From Ascoidea asiatica JCM 7603 (taxonomy: Eukaryota; Fungi; Ascomycota), in the NCBI GenBank assembly GCA_001600695.1, contig BCKQ01000001.1:1966615-2030614 (forward strand): a stretch of DNA of 64,000 nt. The letters are read 5' to 3'. The notes beneath the pieces were generated by a model. That model searched no databases. It was given only the letters and a program-made list of their open reading frames with translations, and was not told where the DNA came from. Shown piece by piece: positions 49,276 through 61,836 of this stretch (within the stretch, counting starts at the first letter, position 1; every line of letters starts with the position of its first letter). Both the position numbers and the translations under genes were made by a program.

Positions 49276-50811
49276 ATGAAAGTAGAATATAATAATCATG
49301 CAACAATTGTTGTATTTGGAGCTTCTGGTGATTTAGCTAAAAAAAAAACTTTTCCAGCTTTATTTGGTTTATATTTACATAATCAATTACCAAAAACTTT
49401 ACAAATTATTGGTTATGCAAGATCAAATCTTTCACAATCTGATTTTAAATCAAGAATTAATCCATTTTTATTAAATAAAAAAAATTCAAATAATGAATTA
49501 AATGAAAATCAATTTAATTTAAAATTAAATAATTTCTTAAATCTTTTATATTATATCTCAAGTCCATATGATGAAGATATTGGTTTTAAAAATTTAGAAA
49601 ATTATATTTTTGAAAATTTTGAAAATAAATTTAATTTAAAACCACAAAGATTATATTATTTAGCTTTACCACCAAGTGTATTTATTTCTGTTGCTTCAAA
49701 TTTAAAAAAATTTAATTATCCTAAAATTGATTCAAATGGTTATGCAAAAATAATTATTGAAAAACCATTTGGTCATGATTTAAATTCTTCAAAATTTTTA
49801 CAATCTAAATTATCTCCAATTTGGTCTGAAGATGAATTATATAGAATTGATCATTATCTTGGTAAAGAATTAGTTAAAAATTTATTAGTTTTAAGATTTG
49901 GTAATGAATTTTTTTCTGCATCTTGGAGTTCAAAACATATTTCTTCAATTCAAGTAAGTTTTAAAGAAAATTTTGGTACTCAAGGTAGAGGTGGTTATTT
50001 TGATAAAATTGGTATAATTAGAGATGTTATCCAAAATCATTTATTACAAGTTTTAACTTTATTAACAATTGAAAGACCAATTTCTTTTGATCCTGAATCA
50101 ATAAGAGATGAAAAAGTTAAATTATTAAAATCAATAAAAGATATAAATTTAAATGATATTTTAATTGGTCAATATGATAAATCAATTGATAATAAATTTC
50201 CTTCATATTTAGATGATGAAACTGTTAATCCAAATTCAAAATGTGTTACATATGCTGCAATTCCAATTAATATTGAAAATGAAAGATGGGATGGTGTACC
50301 AATTATTTTAAGAGCTGGAAAAGCTTTAAATGATTCAAAAGTTGAAATTAGAATTCAATTTAAACCTGTTGCAAAAGGTGTTTTTCAAAATATTGATAGA
50401 AATGAATTAGTTATCAGAATTCAACCAAAAGAATCAATTTATTTAAAAATTAATGCTAAATTACCTGGTTTAACAACTTCAACAACTTTAACTGATTTAG
50501 ATTTAACTTATAATCAAAGATATCAAAATTTTTGGATTCCTGAAGCTTATGAATCTTTAATTAGAGATTGTATTCATGGTGATCATTCAAATTTTGTTAG
50601 AGATGATGAATTAGAAGTTAGTTGGAAATTATTTACTCCACTTTTAAATTATTTAGAAAGTGATATTGGTCCAATTCCACAAAAATATCCATATGGTTCA
50701 AGAGGTCCAGAAAATTTATATGATTATTTATCAAAACATAATTATCAATTACAAAAACATGGTAATCAATATCAATGGCCAATTACAAGACCAACTAAAG
50801 AAAAAATTTAA
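49276..50811 (+). CDS. ZWF1: Glucose-6-phosphate 1-dehydrogenase
   Basis: GASGDLAKKKTFPALF, EKPFG, YRIDHYLGKE. Confidence 0.98.
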   Translation: MKVEYNNHATIVVFGASGDLAKKKTFPALFGLYLHNQLPKTLQIIGYARSNLSQSDFKSRINPFLLNKKNSNNELNENQFNLKLNNFLNLLYYISSPYDEDIGFKNLENYIFENFENKFNLKPQRLYYLALPPSVFISVASNLKKFNYPKIDSNGYAKIIIEKPFGHDLNSSKFLQSKLSPIWSEDELYRIDHYLGKELVKNLLVLRFGNEFFSASWSSKHISSIQVSFKENFGTQGRGGYFDKIGIIRDVIQNHLLQVLTLLTIERPISFDPESIRDEKVKLLKSIKDINLNDILIGQYDKSIDNKFPSYLDDETVNPNSKCVTYAAIPINIENERWDGVPIILRAGKALNDSKVEIRIQFKPVAKGVFQNIDRNELVIRIQPKESIYLKINAKLPGLTTSTTLTDLDLTYNQRYQNFWIPEAYESLIRDCIHGDHSNFVRDDELEVSWKLFTPLLNYLESDIGPIPQKYPYGSRGPENLYDYLSKHNYQLQKHGNQYQWPITRPTKEKI

Positions 50812-51218
50812 TTTCTTTGAAAATATATCTTAGTTAAAAGTAATGTGTTTTTTTTTTTATGTTTGGCTTTTTTTCCCAAAATTTTGGTTAAATTTAATTC
50901 AATTTAGTTTTTAGTTTATTTAGTTTACTTTAATTATCTAGTTTAACTTTTTTATTTAGTTCTTCTCCTCTATTTCTTCTATTTTATTGTTTCTTGGATA
51001 ATTAACTATTTCTGATCGTTGTAACTAAAATGTGATTTTTTTTTCATTTTTTTTTTTTTTTTTTTTCATTTTCTTTTAAAATGTTTTTCAATTATTAATT
51101 TATTATTGAATTTATGAATTTTTTTTATATGAACTTTATTACCAATAATATTTATTATATGTATATTCTATATATTTTGTATATCCAATCTATTTAACTA
51201 ATAATAATTATTCATTTC

Positions 51219-52769
51219 TTAACAATCTTTACCACAAATTGCTAATGAACCACATGGATCATAAGGTGGTAAAACAATTGGTTCTTTTTCTAAAAGATAT
51301 AAATAATCTTTAATATCTTCTTTATCACAAACAATTTGATAACAATATTGTTCAAAATATTCTTGTGTCATAATAAAATAACCTTTATAACCATTTTCTT
51401 CACCCCATGAATTTTCAACTCTATATCTTAATGGTTTTTTAGTAATTGGATCAAGATGAACAGCAGTAATTACCATAGCATGAGTCATTAAAGATTGATG
51501 ATAAATTAATCTTGAAGATTTTTTTTGATTTGTTTTAAAACCAATTAAATCATAATCCCATAATTGAATATCCATAATACCCTTTTTTCTTTGCATATAT
51601 TTTGGAGTATGAGAACCAAAAAATGTTGGTTTATTTAATTTAATTCTTTCAATTAAAATATTTGTAAGAAATTCTGAATTCATATTTAAATATGAAACAA
51701 TTTTTGAACCATAAACATTACCTAATTTATCAATTTTTATAATATTTTCATAATTATTTCTTGGATCATTTAAAAGTGAAATACAATTTGAAATATTTTG
51801 TTCATTATTAATATAATTTAAATAAAAATCTTTTGGAGTTGTAATAATTGAATTAAATTTATTATCTTTATCATAAAATTCCCAATTAAATTTATCATTT
51901 GGTTTTAATGGTATACCTAAAAATGAAGTTAAAATTTTATAAATATCTTTTTGCATTTTTAATTTTAAATTATTAATTTCATTAATTGATTTATTTTCAT
52001 TTAAATTATTTCTTAAAATTTCTGCAAATTCTCTTAATTTTGTTGTAATTAATTCATTTAATTTTTTTGAAGATAATGAAGAAAAAAAATCAGGAAATAT
52101 TGAAAATGGTACAATACCATATTTTTCAATAATATTTTGAAACATATCAAATTGTCCACCATCAGAAACAGGATCAGTTAAAAGATATTGAACTAATCTT
52201 GAATCAATTGGTTCTTTATAAGTATTAATAATTTGTTCTAAGAAAAAATTAGATTTTTCTAATTTATCATAAAAAAATATATATGAAGGAGATAATTGAA
52301 ATTCTTTTAAATTAAATTTTTTCATTAATGGAATTCTTAAAATATTTGTTGCAGCAAATAACCAACATCTTCCAGAAGATTTTTGATTTGTAATTGGAGA
52401 ACCTTCAGTTTCAATTTTATCAGAGAATACATTTGGATAAAGTTCTAAGAATTTATTTCTATTAATTAATAAACTATCAGGATCACCATTTGATAAAACA
52501 GATTGAGCTAATTTTAAAGTTGGATTTGATTGAAATTCATTATCCCAAGATTTTAATTCATCAATTTGAATATTTGAAGAATCTGAGATTGGAGAAGTTG
52601 AAGTAGTCATTTTTGAAGAAAAGTTGTTAAAATTAGAATTATAAGTATAAGCGCTAGAGTAAGAGTGAAAATAAGAAGGATAATAGGAATAAGAATAAGA
52701 AGATAATTTATTAAATAAATAAAATTTAGAATTATTTAATTTTAATGAATTAAAAGAAGAGGCAAACAT
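51219..52769 (-). CDS. LAP3: Bleomycin hydrolase / cysteine aminopeptidase (peptidase C1B)
   Basis: NQKSSGRCWLFAA, SLMTHAM, YRVENSWG. Confidence 0.96.
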   Translation of the reverse strand: MFASSFNSLKLNNSKFYLFNKLSSYSYSYYPSYFHSYSSAYTYNSNFNNFSSKMTTSTSPISDSSNIQIDELKSWDNEFQSNPTLKLAQSVLSNGDPDSLLINRNKFLELYPNVFSDKIETEGSPITNQKSSGRCWLFAATNILRIPLMKKFNLKEFQLSPSYIFFYDKLEKSNFFLEQIINTYKEPIDSRLVQYLLTDPVSDGGQFDMFQNIIEKYGIVPFSIFPDFFSSLSSKKLNELITTKLREFAEILRNNLNENKSINEINNLKLKMQKDIYKILTSFLGIPLKPNDKFNWEFYDKDNKFNSIITTPKDFYLNYINNEQNISNCISLLNDPRNNYENIIKIDKLGNVYGSKIVSYLNMNSEFLTNILIERIKLNKPTFFGSHTPKYMQRKKGIMDIQLWDYDLIGFKTNQKKSSRLIYHQSLMTHAMVITAVHLDPITKKPLRYRVENSWGEENGYKGYFIMTQEYFEQYCYQIVCDKEDIKDYLYLLEKEPIVLPPYDPCGSLAICGKDC

Positions 52770-54772
52770 TCAGTATTTATATAAAAATTAAGAAATAAAA
52801 AAGAAATAGAGAATGAATGATTAAATGAGAGAGATGTTTGATATTAAAGATTAAAGAAGGTTAAAGATTAAAGATTGGAGATTAGAGATTAAGTTAGTGA
52901 AGTTAAGTAAGTGAAGTAGTTCAATTAGCGAAAAGTGAGAGATTCGGAACAAAGAACAAAAAGCAAATGAGAATGAGAAAGAGAAAGTTAAGAAATGTTT
53001 GAACAATAAATGATAATTCAAAATTGTACAATATTCTTTTATGATATTAATAAATAAATGAAATATTTAAAAAATATATGTCTTGGATATGTTGATTTGA
53101 ATATTGACTTTGTAGTGTTTTATTCAAGTTGTTATTGAATTATTCAAATTTATTCAAATTCTTCCATATTTCTCTCAAATCTTATTGAAAATTATGAATA
53201 ATAGAAGAGGCAATTTTACAAAGTTTCTCAAATTAAATGAAAGAATAAATGACAATCAAGTTATATTTTAGACATAACTCCAGATTATAAATGAAAATTG
53301 GTTATTCAATTATCAATTGGATTATTTCAATTTACATAAATCAATATTGTCTTTATCATCATCTTTATTATCTTTATTATCTTTATTATCATCTTCTTCA
53401 TTTATTTATTAAAGAGAGAATTGAACAGTATTAAATGTTGAAGCAGTGACAGTATGATTTTAAAGAAACTACTTTTTAATCAGGGACATAACCAAAATAT
53501 TTTAAGTTTAAGCACGATAACAGTGAACTAATTGTGATAACGGCTCACTCCTGCGGGGATTTTATTTTCTTCTCAGCAACAAACACCCAAACATGAAATT
53601 CAAGATTCAGGTCTAAATTAAAATCTAGACTAAAGCGTGATCTTACGTAATCACAAAAGTATTAGAATATAAAGCAGTTTCAACCAGTCAGGTGACCTTA
53701 AAAAAAAGAAAAAAGTGCTCTTTAATTGCTATTCCTTGTCAACAGGTGGGTAGACACGCTGGCCCACAGCTTAATACTTCAATGCTGCAATTAATCCGTT
53801 TAGGTTCAGATCTAGGGTTGGGATTCAAACAGCAGAAACTGCTTAGACAACAGAAACTGCAATACAATGTTTGTGCTCCCACCAAATCTCCCATGCAATG
53901 CTGCAACAGTATATCATGTTTTAAATACTAATCATGTGATATTTCACGTATAATATTTATCGAATAGTCTCTAAAATATTTCAATAATGAAGGTATCTCG
54001 GCAAAAACACTTTTGATATTGATCCGCCTTTGAGTAGTGTGGATCTAAGAACGTAATTCACACAAATTGTCCTAGCAGATAGATACGCTGCCCCGACATG
54101 GTAATACTCGGGATATTCTTCCGCGGGGCCTGCGAAGCTCATCTCCGTCTTCAATGCTCATCTTCAGAAGAATACAAATAATTTCAAATTTACTCGACAC
54201 TCCCGAAATAGGTGTGAAAATGTATAAATTGGTCAAATTTATACCAAAAACTTTTCAAATCTGCTATTTTTGAATTCAAAACTTTTTCATTTTCTTTGCA
54301 GCTTCAACAATTTCCAAATGATTTCCAAATGATTTTCAAATAATATTGAAATATTTTGTGAATACTTTCTTAATACTTTCCAAATATCTTGGAAATTATA
54401 TAAAATATCCTACAGAGATGTTCTTAAAATTAAAATTTTCACTTTTTAACTATTATTTAAATTATTATTTATCATTTATCTATCTATAATCTCACCTTCT
54501 TTTGTTTTCTTATTAAATTCATATGCCAAAATATTAACTTCCATTCAAAAACAGAATGAATAATCAATATATAATATCATAATAGTTATAATAGTTATAA
54601 TAGTTATTAAAATAATTTTGAAACTTTGGTTCAGATTTACTTTTGTTTTTTATTTATATTCCTATTCCTATTCATATTCATATTCATTCATATATAAATA
54701 TATATAAATATCCAATTTTAATAATCATTAATCATTCAAAATTAATATTAATTATTGTAATATTAATCAATA

Positions 54773-57700
54773 ATGAATTTAAAAATACTGATTTTAATAT
54801 CATTATTCTTTTTATTTTCAATATCTTTACAATCTGATTCCGAATTTGATTTACAAAATCAAATAAATTTAAATCCTTTTGATAATAATTATAATTATAA
54901 CTATGATTCATTATGTTTGAATAAAAATATATCTTTTGATATAAATATTCCAAATTCAAATTCAAATACCTCAATAGATAAATTTAATTTAATTTTTAAT
55001 TCAAATTTATTCATTACTAAAGATTCTTATTTATTTAAATTATCAATTTCAACAAATGATTCAATAAATTTCAACTTTGATAATAATAATTATACTTCTT
55101 TTTATAAAAATTTAGGTAATTCAATAAATGATTTTAATAAATTAAAAACTTCTTTAAATTTATTAAATAATCAAAATCAATTAAATTTATATATTTCTTT
55201 AGATAATTTAAATCATTATTCAAATTTAAAAAAAATTTATTATTCAAAAATTTTTTATAATGCAATTTTACATTTTTTTATTAAATTTAAAATTAATAAT
55301 CAATTCTTTTCAATTTCTTCTTCAAATGAAATTTTTAATCAATTTAATAAACAAAATAATCAAATAATCAAAGAATTAAATCAAAATTTAATTAAAAATT
55401 TATCTTCTTCTTTATTTCCAATTAATTTCTCTTTTAATTCTTTTTATAATAATCAATTTTGTCAATTTAATACTATTAATACTAATATATTTAATACTAG
55501 TAAAAATAATATTAAAGAAAAAAGAGATGATTTAACTTCTTCAAATTTAATATACTCTGTTAATTATAATAATTCTATACCTTCTAATACATTCTCAACT
55601 AATTCAATCACTAATATTTTTTTAAAAACTAATTCATTTTCAATCAATTCATTTCCAACCACTTCATTATCAATCAATACATTATCAATTAATTCATTAT
55701 CAGTTAATTCAATTGGAAATTTATCTTTTTCTTTAAATCAATTTTCAATTTCAACTCCAACTCAAACTCAAATTTTAACCGCTGATATTACTTCAATTTC
55801 TTTATCTATTCCAACTAATGATATAAGTTTATCAATTCCCACAATATCAGTTCCATCAATATCCACATTACCTATTCCCACAATATCTATTTCCAATACA
55901 ATATCAATACCTACTATATCAGTTGCTTCAGGAAGTTTAAGCATATCTCTTCCTACAATTTCAGTTCCAACAATATCAATACCTACTATATCCACATTAT
56001 CAATTGATTCTGGAAATCCAAGTATCTCAATTCCTACAATTTCACTTCCAAACCTTTCACTACCTTTTGTCTCCACATTATCTATCCTACCTGGAGATTT
56101 AAGTATATCTGTTCCTACGCTATCAGCTCCAAGCATTTTAATTCCAACTATCTCTACTTTATCTATTTCAACTGGTGATCTTAGTATATCAATACCTCAG
56201 ATTGAAATCACAACAATTAAAATTCCAACAATCACAATTCCAACAATCTCGATTCCTAAATTATCTGTTTTATCTGGAGATATAGATATATCAATTCCAA
56301 CTATTTCAATACCATCTATATCAATACCTGAAATTTCAATTCCTACCATATCTATATTATCTATTCCGACTGGTGATATAAGTATTTCACTTCCAACTCT
56401 ATCAATTCCAACAATATCATCATTATCTATTCCTACCCTATCAACTCCTACAATATCAATTCCTACTATATTGAAATTATCCATTCCAACTGGAGATATA
56501 AGTATTTCAGTACCTAGAATTTCACTTCCAAATCTATCAATTCCAGTGATACCCACTTTGTCTATTCCCACTGAAGATATAAGTATATCTATATCTCAAT
56601 ATGAAATTAGAACAAGTATAATTCCTACAATCACAATTCCTACAATGGGTTTAAATAACCCTTCAATTTCTCTTTCCACAATAGCGACATTATCTATTCC
56701 AACTAATGACCTTGATTTATCAATACCTGAGATTGAAAACACGACAATCGAAATCCCAACTATCACAATTCCAACAATAACAATTCCTTCTGTATCAATT
56801 TCTCCAATTATAATTCCATCAATATCTATACTATCTGAAGATCCAAGTATATCAATACCTGAAAATGAAATTACAACAATTGACATTCCAACTATTACAG
56901 TTCCAACAATTTCAATTTCAACTGTTGATATTGGTAATCCTTCAGTTTCTCTTTCTCTTTTCACAATAACAACATTATCCATACCAATTGATGTTCTTAG
57001 TATATCAATACCTGAAATCCAAATCACGACAATTACAATTCCAACTGTCACAATTCCTACAATTACAATCCCAAAAATCACAATTCCTACAATTACAATT
57101 CCTGCAATTGTTACTACATCAATTATAACTCCAATAATTACAGGTCCAACAATTACAACTCCAATAATTATAATTCCACCTACTGATACTAACGATCCTT
57201 CCATTTCATTAACAGAGATTTCTATTCCCACCGCAACGATAAAAAATCCTAGTATCTCAGATTCAACCACATCAATACCCCCAGTTCAGATTATAACCAC
57301 TGCAATTCCCACAGTTACAACTCCTATAATAACAGTTCCAACTGTTGGTGTTGGAAAACCCACAACTACATTATCTCAGGTTTCCTTAACCACAATTTCT
57401 ACTTTTTCTACCCCTTCAGGAAATCCTAGCTCTCTAATTCCAACACTAAGTGCATCACTTCCTACAATATCCATTCTTTCAATATCAATTCAAACTAGTG
57501 ATATTATTAATCCATCTATTTCTTTATCATCAACTACTTCACTTCAAATAACAATTTCGTATACTTCTTCAGCGAGCATCCCAATTGAAGCTATATCATC
57601 ACCGTCATTTGACACCACAAGTAATTTAGCTCCCACCATATCAATTTCAACAATTAGTACTACTAATCCCTCTATTTCGCTTACAGAACTTTCTATATCC

Positions 57701-60412
57701 ATAGTGACTGCATTACCTACCCTTTCCAAGATTTCTGACATATCAATACCCTCAATTGAGAATTCAAGCTCAAAGATTTCCTCAAATACTATTCCTACAA
57801 TACCAGTTTCTTCTTTTAAAACCAAAAGTCCTTCTATTTCATCTCAAGAAATTTACTTGACAACTACAGCAATCACGACTACCTCTTTAGGCAATCCTAC
57901 TATAACCCCACCAACTATTGGCTTAGCTAATCCTTCTATTTCATTAGATATGTCCGCAAGTGGCACCTCATCAATAAAGATAAATCTTTCAAATATTGCT
58001 ACTTCTTCATTTTCCTTAAGTCTGTCTTTTATTTCACTAAATACCCCCTCGTTGTTCATAAGTGAAAGTACGAATTCATTAAGTCTTACTCCATTAGTTT
58101 CCAGCATACCTATATCAACAATAAGTGACCCGTCAAGTAGACTTTCGTCATCTTATTCTTACGATAAACATGCATCATCCAGTATACCAATTTTGTCTAA
58201 ATCTCATGCTTCAAAGTCATCATTAATTCCTTCAAAATTATTTGAGATTTCAGTAACTTCTACCCCTGTATTATTATCTCCCTCAAGTTCTCACTCAATT
58301 TCAAATGATTCCTTCAAAAAACCATTATCTTTATCTCAAAGTGCGTCAAGTTCTTATTCAAATTTAACTTTATCCCGACCAATTAAATCTTCGACCAATA
58401 CTCATATTAACTCACTTACAACCGATATGTCAAATGATGGCTCTAAAGAGATAACCAAAGATTCAGCAACATCTTCAATTCTATCATCTGCTAGTTCATT
58501 TGATAGTGTAATTGCAAAAGCAGCTAGTCTAAACCCTGAAGCTACCAAATCATTCAGTAGTGAAACTATCTCTAGTGAATCTGTTATTAGTTCTCATGAA
58601 AGTTTTTCACAAACAATGTCGCTAAATAGTGCCTTTCACAATAATTCTACTCAAATTCTTGGATCTTCCAACCCACTCAATTCTAATGGGTCATCTAATG
58701 TTAAAGATACTAGCGAGCCTAAAAACTCTAGTGATTCCACTGACCCATCTGAAACCTTGTCTAATAATAGTCTTTCAAACTCTTCTAAAAGTAATTCTTT
58801 AGGCTCCTCCAATGAGTCTTCTGGAAATTCTGGTGACGATTCTACATCTAATGGTACTTCATCTAATGTCTCAACTGATTCCGATGATTCATCTAGCTCC
58901 GAAAACTTAGAAAATAGTAATTCTTCAGATAATATATCTGATAACAACTCTAACAACAGCAACTCCTTAAATAATAACAGCTCTTCAGATTCAAGCTCAG
59001 ATTCGTCCGATTCAAATTCAGACTCTGCAGATAATAATTCTAGTGATTTATCTTCTTCTGATTCTATAGGATCCAGTAAAGGAACATCAAGTGGTAGTGG
59101 TGATTCAAGTAATAATTCTTCTGACGATTCCTCCCAGGATTCTTCCAAAGATTCTTCCACAGACTCTTCCAATAATTCTTTTAATGATTCCTCAAGTAAC
59201 TCTTCTACTGATTCTTCCAATAACTCTTCTACTGATTCCTCAAATGATTCTTCTAATAATTCTTCAAATGATTCTTCAAATGATTCCTCTGACAATTCTT
59301 CTAGTAATTCCTCAAATGATTCCTCTGACAATTCTTCTAATAATTCCTCAAATGATTCCTCAAATGATTCTTCTAACAATTACTCTGGCGATTCCTCTAA
59401 TGATTCATCTGCTGATTCAACAGATAACTCTGCCAACGACTCTTCTGATAATTCCTCCAATGATTCCTCTAATGGTTCTTCTAATAATTCTTCCAATGAA
59501 TCTTCCAATGATTCTTCCAGTCATTCCTCTAAAGATTCCAATGATTCCAATGAATCAAATGTCGATGCAACAACATCTAATAATCCAGAAGATTCCAACA
59601 CTCTTAATAATGATTCAAGTAGCTCTAGTGAAAATTCGGATGATGATAATTTATCTTCAGAGAATAGTTCTTCTAACTCAGTTGATTTATCTAATAGTGG
59701 CAATACATCTGATAACGAAAATGATAATGAATCTTCGAATAATAACAGTGATACTACTTCAGATTCTTCTGAAGAAACCGAAAATTCTAGTGAAGAAGAA
59801 AACGAAGATTCTAATGATGAAGAATCTACAGATACAAATGAGGACGACGATAATGATGACAATGAAGAAAATGATGATAATTCAAGTTTTTCGTTAACAA
59901 CTTTTCAATTTATAAGTGTATGTTCTACTTGTACTTCATATGAGTCTTCTATAAACTCACAAACTATAGATGCAAAAGAAAATAATTCTAATTCTGCTAC
60001 AATTTCATCAAATGAGAATGAAGTTTCAAAAAGCATTGATGCAATTGAAGCATCAAATACAATAAGTGAAGTAGTTGAAACTAATTCAGAAACTCGAATT
60101 ATAAGTTCTAATGTAATAAGTTTAACTAATAGTATGTCAATAACGAGTTTTCCATTGTCAACATTTGCAACTTCATTGATAAATTCAAATTCAATTGCAA
60201 ACTCTAATTTTAAAGCAAATAATAATAAGAATAATAATGATGACGATGATGATGATGATGAATCCGATAATTTTTATAATTCTTTTACAGTAGGATCAAG
60301 CAGTGGAAATTCTTCAAGTTCATCAGATTTAGGAATTGGAATGTATAAGAATATGAAATTTGGAGGTTTATTCACAAGTTTCTTTATTGTACTTATTTCA
60401 ATTGTTTTATGA
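54773..60412 (+). CDS. 1879-aa secreted/cell-surface glycoprotein (adhesin/mucin-like) with ISIPT and DSSN repeats
   Basis: N-terminal signal peptide, KEKR dibasic site at ~aa 250, long I-S/T-I-P-T repeat region, Ser/Asn/Asp tract, hydrophobic C-terminus (GPI signal or TM). Confidence 0.85.
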   Translation: MNLKILILISLFFLFSISLQSDSEFDLQNQINLNPFDNNYNYNYDSLCLNKNISFDINIPNSNSNTSIDKFNLIFNSNLFITKDSYLFKLSISTNDSINFNFDNNNYTSFYKNLGNSINDFNKLKTSLNLLNNQNQLNLYISLDNLNHYSNLKKIYYSKIFYNAILHFFIKFKINNQFFSISSSNEIFNQFNKQNNQIIKELNQNLIKNLSSSLFPINFSFNSFYNNQFCQFNTINTNIFNTSKNNIKEKRDDLTSSNLIYSVNYNNSIPSNTFSTNSITNIFLKTNSFSINSFPTTSLSINTLSINSLSVNSIGNLSFSLNQFSISTPTQTQILTADITSISLSIPTNDISLSIPTISVPSISTLPIPTISISNTISIPTISVASGSLSISLPTISVPTISIPTISTLSIDSGNPSISIPTISLPNLSLPFVSTLSILPGDLSISVPTLSAPSILIPTISTLSISTGDLSISIPQIEITTIKIPTITIPTISIPKLSVLSGDIDISIPTISIPSISIPEISIPTISILSIPTGDISISLPTLSIPTISSLSIPTLSTPTISIPTILKLSIPTGDISISVPRISLPNLSIPVIPTLSIPTEDISISISQYEIRTSIIPTITIPTMGLNNPSISLSTIATLSIPTNDLDLSIPEIENTTIEIPTITIPTITIPSVSISPIIIPSISILSEDPSISIPENEITTIDIPTITVPTISISTVDIGNPSVSLSLFTITTLSIPIDVLSISIPEIQITTITIPTVTIPTITIPKITIPTITIPAIVTTSIITPIITGPTITTPIIIIPPTDTNDPSISLTEISIPTATIKNPSISDSTTSIPPVQIITTAIPTVTTPIITVPTVGVGKPTTTLSQVSLTTISTFSTPSGNPSSLIPTLSASLPTISILSISIQTSDIINPSISLSSTTSLQITISYTSSASIPIEAISSPSFDTTSNLAPTISISTISTTNPSISLTELSISIVTALPTLSKISDISIPSIENSSSKISSNTIPTIPVSSFKTKSPSISSQEIYLTTTAITTTSLGNPTITPPTIGLANPSISLDMSASGTSSIKINLSNIATSSFSLSLSFISLNTPSLFISESTNSLSLTPLVSSIPISTISDPSSRLSSSYSYDKHASSSIPILSKSHASKSSLIPSKLFEISVTSTPVLLSPSSSHSISNDSFKKPLSLSQSASSSYSNLTLSRPIKSSTNTHINSLTTDMSNDGSKEITKDSATSSILSSASSFDSVIAKAASLNPEATKSFSSETISSESVISSHESFSQTMSLNSAFHNNSTQILGSSNPLNSNGSSNVKDTSEPKNSSDSTDPSETLSNNSLSNSSKSNSLGSSNESSGNSGDDSTSNGTSSNVSTDSDDSSSSENLENSNSSDNISDNNSNNSNSLNNNSSSDSSSDSSDSNSDSADNNSSDLSSSDSIGSSKGTSSGSGDSSNNSSDDSSQDSSKDSSTDSSNNSFNDSSSNSSTDSSNNSSTDSSNDSSNNSSNDSSNDSSDNSSSNSSNDSSDNSSNNSSNDSSNDSSNNYSGDSSNDSSADSTDNSANDSSDNSSNDSSNGSSNNSSNESSNDSSSHSSKDSNDSNESNVDATTSNNPEDSNTLNNDSSSSSENSDDDNLSSENSSSNSVDLSNSGNTSDNENDNESSNNNSDTTSDSSEETENSSEEENEDSNDEESTDTNEDDDNDDNEENDDNSSFSLTTFQFISVCSTCTSYESSINSQTIDAKENNSNSATISSNENEVSKSIDAIEASNTISEVVETNSETRIISSNVISLTNSMSITSFPLSTFATSLINSNSIANSNFKANNNKNNNDDDDDDDESDNFYNSFTVGSSSGNSSSSSDLGIGMYKNMKFGGLFTSFFIVLISIVL

Positions 60413-60907
60413 TGATGATCAAATGATTGGATATTTTTGCATTTAATTCATATATTACTACAATTTTTAGTTCCCATTATTTTATTTTTTTTATTTTATT
60501 ATTTATTGTTTATTGTTTATTGTTTATTGTTTATTGCTTATTGTTTATTTTATTATTAATAGTTTATTTTTTTTTTCTAATGGTCTTCAAATTTTCCACA
60601 TTGTTCATTCTCTATTTTATATTATCTATTATCCATTTTATATTCTTTATTCCGTATTTTATACTCTTTAATTTATCTTATATTCTTCATTTTATAATTT
60701 TAAAAATTTATTCTTATCAAGACACTAATATTGATTATTATAAGTAATAATCATTTTTCAAAACACTTAATATATTTTTTTTTATTTTTCTTTTCTACAG
60801 TTTAATTCTTTATTTAATGGGAAATATTATTCTATTTAATGAATGATAAATATAATAAATGATATTAATAAATAAATATGATAAATATGATAAATATGAT
60901 AAGTAAA

Positions 60908-61559
60908 TTAAACTTCATTACTTCCATAGACTTCTAAAGGTTTTTCAAACATAATTGAATGAGAAACGATAATAGTTCCAGATACACTAAATAACCAAAA
61001 TATTACTGAAAATGCACTTGAATATAATAATATTGGAATTGATATAATTAAAATAATTATATATAATTGATTTTGAGTTAAATTTATACTTGAACCTAAT
61101 TTAATTTCTTTTGATTTAATTGAATTAACTAAATAAAAAGAAATAATCATAAATGATAAACCAAATAATAATAATAAATTTTTAATTAAATAATAAATTG
61201 AAATTATTGAAAAAATTAAAAGATAATTTGAGAAGAAGAAATTAAAATTATGATTTATTCTTGTTCTAACATTTGAGAATGAAGTAGGTTTTGATAAATT
61301 TTGTAAATTAAAAAATTGTTGAAAATTTCTTAAATTTGAAAATTTTGATTGTATTTGAGTTGTATCATTCTGAAAAAAAAAAAAAAAAAGTTGTTAGTTT
61401 ATAAGTCTAATCTGATGAATATAATATTGAATAATTTTTCTGTTTTTATTGAAATTTTCATTTGTTTTAACATACTCTTAATCTATCGAAATCAAATCTG
61501 TTTCCAAAGGAAGAAAACTGAGCTGGAGTGAACTGAGCTTGTGCTGTGTTCATGTTCAT
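60908..61559 (-). CDS. YIP3: Prenylated Rab acceptor (PRA1 family); 2 exons (61476-61559, 60908-61369), 181 aa
   Basis: Phase-0 intron 61370-61475 (GTATGT, AACTAAC branch, poly-T, CAG). Spliced protein MNMNTAQ...FDFDRLR/NDTTQIQSKFSNLRNFQQFFNLQNLSKP..RINHNFNFFFSNY...HSIMFEKPLE. Confidence 0.9.
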
Positions 61560-61761
61560 TTTGATAAAAAAAAAATCAGTGGAATATAATCAAATGGGAT
61601 TTTGGTTAAAGAAAAGGTGATACTTTGTTTGAAAAATGGTTTGATTTGAAACTAAAATTTAAATCTTTGTTGAATTTAATTATCCTTTGTGTGTAATATA
61701 TAAATTTATATTTTGCAGTGTTCTTTTTCAAAAGTGAAATTGGAACTAAATCGATCCTGAT

Positions 61762-61836
<75 letters not shown>
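61762..61836. repeat. (AAT)n microsatellite upstream of YIP3
   Basis: Direct reading. Confidence 0.9.

Noticed and set aside
55768-59897. Antisense and alternate-frame ORFs within the 1879-aa gene (similar ones within GAS5, HAP43, MCA1, SGN1, SOD6)
   Set aside because: Shadow ORFs produced by repetitive, biased codons of the real gene.
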